Positions 36,276 through 44,105 of a stretch of 64,000 bases of DNA are shown piece after piece (the first letter of the stretch is position 1; each line of letters begins with the position of its first letter). Under the pieces are notes generated by a model that had not been told where the DNA came from, searched no databases, and worked only from the letters and a program-made list of their open reading frames with translations. The position numbers and the translations under genes are program-made. The stretch lies in assembly GCA_934777505.1 (NCBI GenBank), contig CAKVNM010000001.1, forward strand, positions 294,419 through 358,418, written 5' to 3'. Source of the stretch: an uncultured Clostridia bacterium. GTDB lineage: Bacteria; Bacillota; Clostridia; Christensenellales; UBA1242.

Positions 36276-38156
36276 TTATTCTCCTTTTGGCATTAGTTTT
36301 TTGTGTTGATTGATGTGATTTAAAAACACTTGTTTTATGCTTGGATTACGCTTTATCATTTTTTCGTATTCACTGCCAAGCATAAAGGCAATGTGTTCGT
36401 CAATATGCAATTTGTGGTCGTCAATTTCGAGCACTTCCTGACTTGCTCCACCAAGCATTACAAGATTTTCTTTTCCTGCTTTTCTCATGTGAAGTTCGCT
36501 GATATCGTTTTGAGTTTCCCAAATGCCGTAGCCAAGCATTTCCAAGGTTTTGCTTCTAACTCGGTTGGAAATCTTGCCGTTTTCGTCTGCTAAAAGACCC
36601 GCCTCCAAAAGTTTGAAAATCATGTTTCGCTTTTGAGCCAAAGTGTCGCCAATTTCGTTGGCGGTTTCTAGCACAACATCGTCTGCTCCAATCTCGCTAC
36701 CCTTAAAGTAAAACATTTCAACCGAGCCGTCTTGCCCAATAATTTTGCAAATTCTGGTTGACAAAGCATATTGTTTGTATAGTTTTAAAATTTGCTTACC
36801 CAAAATTTTTACGGCTGATTTGATTTGGTCGGCAGAGTTGCTGAGCCTATTGTTTTCCTGTTCGACCAAGATTTCAAGAGCCACACCCGAAATATTTGAA
36901 GATGTGATATCTTGGCTAATCATCATTTCGGACACACCACTGATACTAGCAAATTCTGCAAGCAAGCGTTCTTCTTCCTTCTCAAAATCGGTTGGCATAG
37001 ACCCTGAGTTCATAATCTCTGGCTTGTTTGCTCCTTGCCTGTAAACCAAAACCTTGCCGGGACTCATTCCCTCTTCTTCCAAGTTTTCGGTGTCAACGCT
37101 TCCGTCTTCAACGGTCAAAATTCCCATTGCCATTCGGTTCATAAACTCGTGCTTACGATTTTTTACTGCGTTGTAGGCTCTTTGAATTGGAATTAATCTT
37201 TCAATAATGCTTGTTCCCCAAAATCTGTTTGCTTCAACAATAGAACACTGCTTGATGAACGGAAATCCACGCTTTTTGTCGTCCTTGTTGATGTATGGCA
37301 AGTCGCCAATAAACACAAGTTTGTCGCCAGCAACTATTGTTAGTCTGCCGTTTGGATAATCCACTGTTGGTGCTTCATACTTTTCAATAACCAGCGCACA
37401 GTTGTCAACTTTTTGACTAATCACTTTGGCAATTTGCGAGTTGTAGCCAAGCCCGCCGATTGTGCTGGAAACATTGTCAAGCGTCATAACATCAAGACTG
37501 GTTGGATTGACATCAACACCCCAAATGCTTTTGATAGTTCTAACATCGTAACATTTTGCGTGAATAATGCTCATGCAGTCATCAATATTTTCCGCATTGC
37601 TGTTGTCTGGAAAAATCTCATAAGGTGGACAAACAACAATTTTTATTTCGCCTTCCTTGATTTCGTTTCCGTGTTCGTCATGACCAACTGTTAGTCCGCC
37701 GTTGCTGTCCCAAGTGACTTTGTAGAAACTTGTTCCGCAAATTTCACTCCAATTTGTTGCCTGAGCAATCAAATCACTCATGCCAAGTTTGTAATAAACG
37801 GCGTTCAAAATGTTTTTGCTAACTTTTGCGGTGTTAAGGTCGTTTTCGCTGTTGGTTGCAGGAACAACATTCATTTTTGGTCTAATTGTTCCAAGTCTGC
37901 TTTTTCGTTGTTCCAAAATTGGTGCAATGTGATTGTAGACTTCTCGCTCCTGCCAAAAAAATTGTTTTTGGAAATCTTCAACTTCGCCCATGCTAGTAAT
38001 TCCGCAATATTGATTTCCACCAAGAAAGTTCATGTTTAGTTGCCACTGTCTTTCGTAATTTTTTCTTGCTTGCTGACGATTTCTAAAATCATGAAGCACG
38101 CTTGCAACGATATCTTCAACAAACTTTTGATTTTGAGCATCTTGTTTTTTAGTCAT
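36276..38156 (-). CDS. portal protein
   Basis: 626 aa, positioned between the terminase module and the scaffold. N-terminal RNRQQARKNYERQWQLNMNFLGGNQY and NHIAPILEQRKSRL are portal-like. Confidence 0.7.
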   Translation of the reverse strand: MTKKQDAQNQKFVEDIVASVLHDFRNRQQARKNYERQWQLNMNFLGGNQYCGITSMGEVEDFQKQFFWQEREVYNHIAPILEQRKSRLGTIRPKMNVVPATNSENDLNTAKVSKNILNAVYYKLGMSDLIAQATNWSEICGTSFYKVTWDSNGGLTVGHDEHGNEIKEGEIKIVVCPPYEIFPDNSNAENIDDCMSIIHAKCYDVRTIKSIWGVDVNPTSLDVMTLDNVSSTIGGLGYNSQIAKVISQKVDNCALVIEKYEAPTVDYPNGRLTIVAGDKLVFIGDLPYINKDDKKRGFPFIKQCSIVEANRFWGTSIIERLIPIQRAYNAVKNRKHEFMNRMAMGILTVEDGSVDTENLEEEGMSPGKVLVYRQGANKPEIMNSGSMPTDFEKEEERLLAEFASISGVSEMMISQDITSSNISGVALEILVEQENNRLSNSADQIKSAVKILGKQILKLYKQYALSTRICKIIGQDGSVEMFYFKGSEIGADDVVLETANEIGDTLAQKRNMIFKLLEAGLLADENGKISNRVRSKTLEMLGYGIWETQNDISELHMRKAGKENLVMLGGASQEVLEIDDHKLHIDEHIAFMLGSEYEKMIKRNPSIKQVFLNHINQHKKLMPKGE

Positions 38157-38373
38157 AATTTTCCTCCTTTAATTTTTTGATAATTAGATTTTTTGGACTT
38201 TTTGGCGTAACAAATTTGCCAATGTTTTTGTACATTTTGTTCAAGCAATCTTTGCACAAACAAAATCTGTGTTTAAAAATATTTTTGTAAGTTAAACAAA
38301 TTGTTGCAATATTTTTGCACTCGTCTTGGTCGCACTTTTTAATGTTTTTTAGTTTTTCAATCGTTATTAACAT
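38149..38373 (-). CDS. 74-aa Cys-rich (zinc-ribbon-like) phage protein
   Basis: CDQDEC...C...CLCKDC. Overlaps both neighbouring genes. Confidence 0.5.
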   Translation of the reverse strand: MLITIEKLKNIKKCDQDECKNIATICLTYKNIFKHRFCLCKDCLNKMYKNIGKFVTPKSPKNLIIKKLKEENYD

Positions 38374-38731
38374 TTCCTTCGTTCTCCTTAATATGTTTTA
38401 AAATTTCATCTATTTTCGCATCAAGTTGTTCGTCCGTTAGGCTTGACAAATCTTCCTTGCTATCAATCTTTTCAAGTTCTAGCAAAACCTTTACTGCCGT
38501 AACATCTGGTGGAACATTCTTGGTGGTGATTTTCTTTTTTACTAAATGCTCGTTTTGGTTTTCGTCAAGCGAAAATTCTTCGATAATTTCCTTACTATCG
38601 TAGCCAACTGCTTTTTTGGTTAAAGCCTTGATGATATCTTGTTTGCTATCAATTTGCTCAAAAAAATCACTTTTTTTGGTGTTTTTAAGTGATTTTTTCG
38701 TGTTTTTTTCTGTTTTTTTGAGTTTATCCAT
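38357..38731 (-). CDS. 124-aa phage protein, weakly small-terminase-like
   Basis: Basic N-terminus. KKKITTKNVPPDVTAVKVLLE resembles the K..PPD.TA..FWLKNR segment I recall from Firmicute phage TerS proteins. 8-nt overlap with TerL. Confidence 0.35.
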   Translation of the reverse strand: MDKLKKTEKNTKKSLKNTKKSDFFEQIDSKQDIIKALTKKAVGYDSKEIIEEFSLDENQNEHLVKKKITTKNVPPDVTAVKVLLELEKIDSKEDLSSLTDEQLDAKIDEILKHIKENEGNVNND

Positions 38732-40166
38732 AAATTCCTAGCCTTTCTCGTTTTAGTGATGAAATCAATTTTTGCTTGTATTTTTGAGTGTCGGTTTGCG
38801 GTTTAAGTTGTTCAAAATTGTCTTGCTTAGACATTATGTAGTACCTTAATTCGTCCATGGAGTGGTCGTCTTTTTTCACTGGCGATTCATCATTTCCAAA
38901 GGTGTAGGATTTGATTTCTCTAATCATGTTTGTGCAATTTTTAAAGATAAAAAGTTTTCTAACTCCGTTTGCGTCACAGATATATTTTCTAACCTTTTGC
39001 AAGCCGACCAAACTTTTGTTAACCTTTGTGTTGCAGTTGATTTTGTAGTTATAAAACTGCTCGGCAACGGTGTCCTGACAGGCAAGAGTTTTTTGAAGCG
39101 AAGCACTATCAATCAAGGCGTTCAAGTATCCTTTGCTGTTTTTTGGCCAGCCAAGTTCGTCCGCTATTATGTGAATTTTTTGAGCGTGCTGTTCAATACT
39201 CGTTTGACTTGCATACACTTCGGCTACAACATAAATATTGCCGTCATAATCACAAGCATAAAAATGACAAGAAAGTGGATTTGTAAATCCGGGATCAATC
39301 GAAATGTTATCAAACCACTCCTTAGGAACATCAAAAGGCTCAATAACATTAAAGTTTTCATCAAAATTTGGATAAACAAGCCCGTTTGAAGATATAAATT
39401 TGCCATCACACCTACTTTCCAACTCCCTCTCACTCATTTGACTTTTTAATTTTTGGACTTCTTGCTGGTTTAAAAATGGATTGTCCTGCCAAGAGATATT
39501 TTCATACCACACTTCGCTATCGTTTCGCTCGTTAAGATAGATTTCGTTATACACCCAAGTTAGACCTTTAAGCGGAGTCATCGTTCCAAAAATTTCTCCG
39601 CACCTGTCAATAACTCTCATCTTACATTCAATGTAAATGTCTTTTGGCGGTTCTTCATCAAACCAAACATAATCAAGCGATGTGCCTTGAAACTTCTCTC
39701 TGCCTTGGTCGCAACTTTTAAAGCCAATTGTACTGATTTTTCCAGATACATTCCTAATCAAAATTTTGTCGATAATACCATACTCCATACTCTCTTTTTT
39801 GCCACTTTGCATAACAACATCAACAATCCAATCTTTGTTTAGGTAGTAAAGTATTTTTTGCTGAGCCACATCTCGTTGAACCTGAGTTGTCAACGAAACC
39901 ACCCAGCCGTCCGTAAACTCTTTGTTGGGTTTGAACGGGTGATTGCCACGAGCAAGCCACACCGTTTCCACCGCACCGCATTCGGTTTTACCCGTTCGAT
40001 TTCCACCAAACACCCACCTGTTTTTTTTGGTGTTTTTGTGAAAAATCAACTGTTTTTCGTGAACTAAACTGCCACAGTTATATCTTTTTAGAGTATTTTC
40101 GCTATATCGCCGATTTTTTTCATAAATCAAACTATCTAGCATTCTTACTAACTTTTGCTTGTCCAT
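38724..40166 (-). CDS. terL: terminase large subunit
   Basis: Walker A GGNRTGKT, Walker B LDYVWFDEEP and a C-terminal RNase H-like nuclease segment SIDPGFTNP...DDHSMDELRY. Confidence 0.85.
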   Translation of the reverse strand: MDKQKLVRMLDSLIYEKNRRYSENTLKRYNCGSLVHEKQLIFHKNTKKNRWVFGGNRTGKTECGAVETVWLARGNHPFKPNKEFTDGWVVSLTTQVQRDVAQQKILYYLNKDWIVDVVMQSGKKESMEYGIIDKILIRNVSGKISTIGFKSCDQGREKFQGTSLDYVWFDEEPPKDIYIECKMRVIDRCGEIFGTMTPLKGLTWVYNEIYLNERNDSEVWYENISWQDNPFLNQQEVQKLKSQMSERELESRCDGKFISSNGLVYPNFDENFNVIEPFDVPKEWFDNISIDPGFTNPLSCHFYACDYDGNIYVVAEVYASQTSIEQHAQKIHIIADELGWPKNSKGYLNALIDSASLQKTLACQDTVAEQFYNYKINCNTKVNKSLVGLQKVRKYICDANGVRKLFIFKNCTNMIREIKSYTFGNDESPVKKDDHSMDELRYYIMSKQDNFEQLKPQTDTQKYKQKLISSLKRERLGIYG

Positions 40167-40234
40167 AACCGTCCTTTTTGTTTAATTTTATTATTTTAGT
40201 AAATACTAATTACATATAATAATTAGGTAGAAAA

Positions 40235-40990
40235 ATGAAAAAATTTGTTTATATATTCGGCTGTTTTTTGTTTGTGTTTTTTTCTATATTTTTGGTTAAT
40301 AGTGTTAAGAAAGAAGAAACGAGTTCATCAAATCTTAGCGGTTACGCCTTTGTTAACACCAATAACTGCTATTTTTATAGGTTTTTGACAACAGAAGAAA
40401 ATCTTAACAACAAATACTTTTTGCTAGAAAAAACTTATTTTGTTAGAGTTATCGAAAACGCAAACGAAGAATTTTACAAAGCCGAATATAATGGAATAAA
40501 GGGATATGTTAAGAAAACAGACATTGAATTTGTTGAAGAAATTCCAGAAAATCCTTTTCTTGTTGGAATAACTTTTGATATCTACTCGGCGTCTAGCGTG
40601 GAGTTACGACTCGAACCGTCCACCAAAAGTGGTATTGGCTCAGTGCTTATGAGTATTCCAGCGGGTCAAAAAAATCTTTCGTATATTGGCAAGATTGCTG
40701 GCGAAGAAAGCATGGACGGGCTTGGTAACATTTGGTATTACGCCAGTTACACGCTTCCAAACGGCAAAGAAATTTGCGGTTATGTTTACTCCCCGCTAAC
40801 CCGAAATCTTAGTCCCATAAGCGAGAATAACGAAAATCTAACAGTGGTTTCCGTCAGTCAATATGTTCCCGTTAGCAGTCTTTTATATCTCAATCTTTCC
40901 ACAAAAAACATGATTATTTTAATCATTTCAATTCCTGCAATCGTGGTTTTATATTTGTTTGTAAAACCGTCAAAAATTTTAAAAGAATGA
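40235..40990 (+). CDS. SH3b-domain membrane protein encoded antisense inside the phage-like cluster
   Basis: N-terminal and C-terminal TM helices with two SH3b-like segments (FYKAEYNGIKGYVKKTDIEF, IWYYASYTLPNGKEICGYVYSP). It has its own -10 and terminator. Confidence 0.55.
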   Translation: MKKFVYIFGCFLFVFFSIFLVNSVKKEETSSSNLSGYAFVNTNNCYFYRFLTTEENLNNKYFLLEKTYFVRVIENANEEFYKAEYNGIKGYVKKTDIEFVEEIPENPFLVGITFDIYSASSVELRLEPSTKSGIGSVLMSIPAGQKNLSYIGKIAGEESMDGLGNIWYYASYTLPNGKEICGYVYSPLTRNLSPISENNENLTVVSVSQYVPVSSLLYLNLSTKNMIILIISIPAIVVLYLFVKPSKILKE

Positions 40991-41001
40991 TTTTTTGCTA
41001 T

Positions 41002-41031
41002 AAAAAACACGAAATTTTCGTGTTTTTTTAA
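41002..41031. terminator. bidirectional terminator between the regulator and the SH3/terminase genes
   Basis: Perfect palindrome AACACGAAAA/TTTTCGTGTT flanked by an A-run and a T-run. Confidence 0.7.
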
Positions 41032-41055
41032 TAAAAATTTGATATTCTTTTGATT

Positions 41056-41583
41056 TTAAGCCATTTTTGGTTTAATACTCAAACAACTTAAAACAGGAGC
41101 AACTTCGCTTATGCCATCTTCTTCTTCGGTTTCTTCGGTGTTAAAGCCGTTAAAGATTTCCTTTATCCAATTTTCTTTTCCAAGCACAAGGTTAAGGCTA
41201 TCGTGGTCGTAACCAGATGCAACAAGTTCGTTGCCAAACTGTTCCAAGGCTCTATCCACCCTTCTAAAAAAAGTTCTGCGAGTCATAGACAAAACTTCTA
41301 TCATCACTTCGGTTTTGAGTCGGTCAAAATATTTTAGCACCAAGAGCCTTGCATTGTTTGCATCAATTTTTGACATGATGTTTTCGATTAGCACTTTTAA
41401 GTTTATAAGTAATTTTTTTCGTTGAATAAGATTAATGATTTTTTCCGCATTTTCAAGAGTCGAAAGTTTGTTTCTGCTGGAATTAACACCTTGGTTTACA
41501 ACTAGTGAGTCTATCGCACTTGCTATATTGTCCAAACAGTTATAACTGGTTAGTAGTGTTTTTGCCCAAATTTTTTGTTTCAT
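41056..41583 (-). CDS. sigma-70 region-4 / ArpU-like putative late transcription regulator
   Basis: ARLLVLKYFDRLKTEVMIEVLSMTRRTFFRRVDRALEQF resembles region-4 HTH proteins of phage (ArpU/RinA, UviA-like). Sits at the head of the cluster. Confidence 0.45.
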   Translation of the reverse strand: MKQKIWAKTLLTSYNCLDNIASAIDSLVVNQGVNSSRNKLSTLENAEKIINLIQRKKLLINLKVLIENIMSKIDANNARLLVLKYFDRLKTEVMIEVLSMTRRTFFRRVDRALEQFGNELVASGYDHDSLNLVLGKENWIKEIFNGFNTEETEEEDGISEVAPVLSCLSIKPKMA

Positions 41584-41612
41584 TTTTATGGTCTCCTTTT
41601 GTGTTCGAGAAT

Positions 41613-41642
41613 ATTATAAAAATCAAAAACTTGCTGTGTCAA
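41613..41642 (-). promoter_or_regulatory. promoter of the regulator gene (TTGACA-18-TATAAT)
   Basis: Hexamers read on the minus strand. Confidence 0.55.
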
Positions 41643-41654
41643 AGGTTTGTGACA
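41637..41654. promoter_or_regulatory. inverted repeat TGTCA-N8-TGACA overlapping the -35 (operator candidate)
   Basis: Read directly. Shares its half-site with the palindrome at 41745-41760. Confidence 0.4.
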
Positions 41655-41744
41655 GATTTTTGTAAAAAAATACAGAATTTTACAAAATTTTACAAATTTG
41701 TGATATTTTATCGAACATCTGTTCTAAATATACCACATTAAACC

Positions 41745-41760
41745 TGACAACAGTTTGTCA
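41745..41760. promoter_or_regulatory. palindrome TGACAA-CAGT-TTGTCA (second operator candidate)
   Basis: Read directly, about 100 bp upstream of the promoter. Confidence 0.35.
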
Positions 41761-41802
41761 TGATTTTCTAAAATTGCCAATTTTTTTGATTTTTTTCTTG
41801 AC

Positions 41803-41835
41803 AAAAAAAGCCAGCGTTTTTTTTGCTGGTTTTTT
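41803..41835. terminator. terminator downstream of the SSB-like gene
   Basis: GCCAGC/GCTGG stem flanked by A7 and T-runs. Confidence 0.6.
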
Positions 41836-41881
41836 AAGTTTTCATATATTATTACAGTTTTACAATGCAAAACTATTAGCC

Positions 41882-42574
41882 CTAAATTGCCACAGTATTG
41901 CTTGTGTCTGTGCTTTGATTCATGATTAGTGGCAAGGTGTCGTCAAGCCTTTCTTCTGCCCCCGCCTTGCAAATTCTAATTATCGAAATTTCGTAAGCCG
42001 TTTTGCTAACAACGCTTCCGTCATCAAGTTTCTTTTCGTAATTTCGGCTTTGAATACGCCCGAAAATGCTAACTTTTTCGCCAACAGACAAGTTTTTTGC
42101 ATATCTAGCGTTCCTACCCCATGCAATGCAAGGCAAGTAGTCACTCTTGTTGTATGCTCTGTTAACCGCAATCAAGATGTCGCAAATTTCTCTTTTAAAA
42201 GGCGTGGTTCTAAATGTAGGCTCTTTACAAACAAAGCCAACAAGTTCGATTGTGTTTGGGTTTTCTTCGCTACTATCGAACATGAAAACTTCTCTTGCAA
42301 ACACGGTCAAAACAAGTTTGCTTTTGCCGTCAAGTTGCTTGTTGTAACTTCTAAATTGTCCGTTAACGCAAATTTTATTGCCCACTTCAAGACTAAATTC
42401 TTCCACAAACTTTTCCGACAATAGCACGGGAATTGTGTCCACGCTACTTGATAGTCTTGAAACTTCAAGGTCGATTTCGTAAAAGTTTTCGTCAAACACC
42501 TGATGACTAAGTTTTGGTGCGCTGATAATTTTTCCAAAAAGATGTACTTTATTGTTGTTCATTTGTTCAAACAT
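41882..42574 (-). CDS. tandem OB-fold, SSB-like protein
   Basis: Two similar halves (HLFGKIISAPKLSH...CVNGQFRSYNK and ELVGFVCKEPTFRT...SIFGRIQSRNYEK) resembling SSB/PriB OB folds. GGAGGA RBS lies 14 nt after the deacetylase stop. Confidence 0.5.
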   Translation of the reverse strand: MFEQMNNNKVHLFGKIISAPKLSHQVFDENFYEIDLEVSRLSSSVDTIPVLLSEKFVEEFSLEVGNKICVNGQFRSYNKQLDGKSKLVLTVFAREVFMFDSSEENPNTIELVGFVCKEPTFRTTPFKREICDILIAVNRAYNKSDYLPCIAWGRNARYAKNLSVGEKVSIFGRIQSRNYEKKLDDGSVVSKTAYEISIIRICKAGAEERLDDTLPLIMNQSTDTSNTVAI

Positions 42575-42588
42575 TGATAAATTTCCTC

Positions 42589-43359
42589 CTAAATTTTTGC
42601 TGACTGCATACCGTTGTTATCTATAAAGTAATCTTCCTTTAAAATAACATCGCCAACATTCGTAACCGTAAATCCCTTTTTTTGAAGTCTGTCTAGCACA
42701 AGTGGCAACGCTTCTAAAATGTGGTCGCTGTTGTTGTGACAAAGAATGATACTTCCCTTTCTTGCACCGTTGATAATCCTTGTTGTAATTTCCATGGCAC
42801 TGAGTCCTTTCCAATCCAGACTGTCAACATCCCACTGAATTGTTGTGAGTCCAAGTTCGGTTGCGGTTTCGATTAGTGTGTCGTTATACGCTCCAAACGG
42901 TGGTCTAAACAATTCAATTTTTGTGTCTGTGATGTCTGTGATTAGTTTGCAACAAGTTTCAAGTTCCAACTTCATTTGAGATTTTGAAAGTTTGGTCATG
43001 TCTGGGTGTGTGTTGGAGTGTGTTCCAATTTCAAACCCATTTTCGTGAATTTTTTTGACCATTTCTGGATAGTCTTCCACCCAAAAACCCGTCAAGAAAA
43101 ATGTTGCTGTAACCCCATATTCCTTGCAAATTTCCATGATTTTTTCCGTTTTGTCAGCACCCCAAGCAGCATCAAAACTGATTGCGACCTTGTTTTCCGT
43201 GGTGTTGACATAGTAAATAGGAACTTTTCTTAAACTTGCTCCAAAATACACACTTGCTGGAACATTCCCGTTTATGTTTAGTGACAATAGAACGACTGTT
43301 AAAATTATTAGTAAAAATGCCTTTAAAGTTTTCATTCTTACACAATAGATATGCATCAT
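42589..43359 (-). CDS. polysaccharide deacetylase (NodB domain; PdaB-like)
   Basis: Signal/TM N-terminus, AISFDAAWG, GTHSNTHPDM and ILCHN motifs. Start is approximate (ATGATG follows AGGGAGA). Confidence 0.8.
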   Translation of the reverse strand: MMHIYCVRMKTLKAFLLIILTVVLLSLNINGNVPASVYFGASLRKVPIYYVNTTENKVAISFDAAWGADKTEKIMEICKEYGVTATFFLTGFWVEDYPEMVKKIHENGFEIGTHSNTHPDMTKLSKSQMKLELETCCKLITDITDTKIELFRPPFGAYNDTLIETATELGLTTIQWDVDSLDWKGLSAMEITTRIINGARKGSIILCHNNSDHILEALPLVLDRLQKKGFTVTNVGDVILKEDYFIDNNGMQSAKI

Positions 43360-43574
43360 CAGTTCTCCCTTTAATTTTAATATACTTGGAATTTTTTTCA
43401 ACGCCAAAAGACTATTGTTTTTTACGAATAATGCCGAAAAATGAAGAAATATCAATTTTCAGTTTCCATACATTATTTTACTAATCAAACAAAAAAAATA
43501 TGTGCCAAATCACTTTTTAGCACATTTTTTGATAATAATTTTTTTAACATAAAAAAAACTAGGCCAATCCTAGT

Positions 43575-43994
43575 TTATTCTGCAATCAATTCGCTAGCGT
43601 AGTTCAAACTTGCCTTGTTGATATAATCCTTTCTTGCCGAATCGCTATATCTTCCAATTTGATTTGCAACAAAGTTGATATATTTTTTTCTGTTTTCGGC
43701 GTGAGTTTCTTCGCTCTCGTAGTTTTCAATCTTTGGAGCAACAACGCCATAATTTGTTGTTAGAGTGATAGCATAATCAAATGCACCAAAAACTACCTTG
43801 ATAGACCTGCTTGTGTCGTCACTAATAAAATCATATTCCATATAGTCATCGTGTCTTTGCTTGATTGTGATAATGTCGATAACATCGTCATAGTCGGCGT
43901 ATTCAACTTCTTCCAACTGTACTTTTAGTCCGTACTTGATAAAGTCAACAACAAGTTTATCGTCCAATTTTCCCAAAACATCAATATAGTTCAT
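43575..43994 (-). CDS. hypothetical acidic protein, 139 aa
   Basis: ORF with RBS (AGGAGA) and a terminator. No motif recognised. Confidence 0.5.
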   Translation of the reverse strand: MNYIDVLGKLDDKLVVDFIKYGLKVQLEEVEYADYDDVIDIITIKQRHDDYMEYDFISDDTSRSIKVVFGAFDYAITLTTNYGVVAPKIENYESEETHAENRKKYINFVANQIGRYSDSARKDYINKASLNYASELIAE

Positions 43995-44105
43995 AATAAT
44001 CTCCTGCCTATTAATATGATATTATTATAATATATATTGCACAGCAAGTCAATATGCAATTTTTGATTTTTAATAGCAAAATTTTGACGACTAGCAAAAT
44101 GTTGC

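Larger units (their letters stand above)
31063..41654 (-). mobile_element. compact phage-derived packaging/capsid/lysis gene cluster (defective prophage, GTA-like or satellite-like element)
   Basis: 13 co-oriented genes, the 12 from terminase to holin being overlapping or coupled: regulator, terminase, portal, scaffold, capsid, 3 unknown structural genes, 2 holin-like genes and small ORFs. No integrase, replication, tail or endolysin genes recognised. Bounded by terminators and housekeeping genes. Confidence 0.6.
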
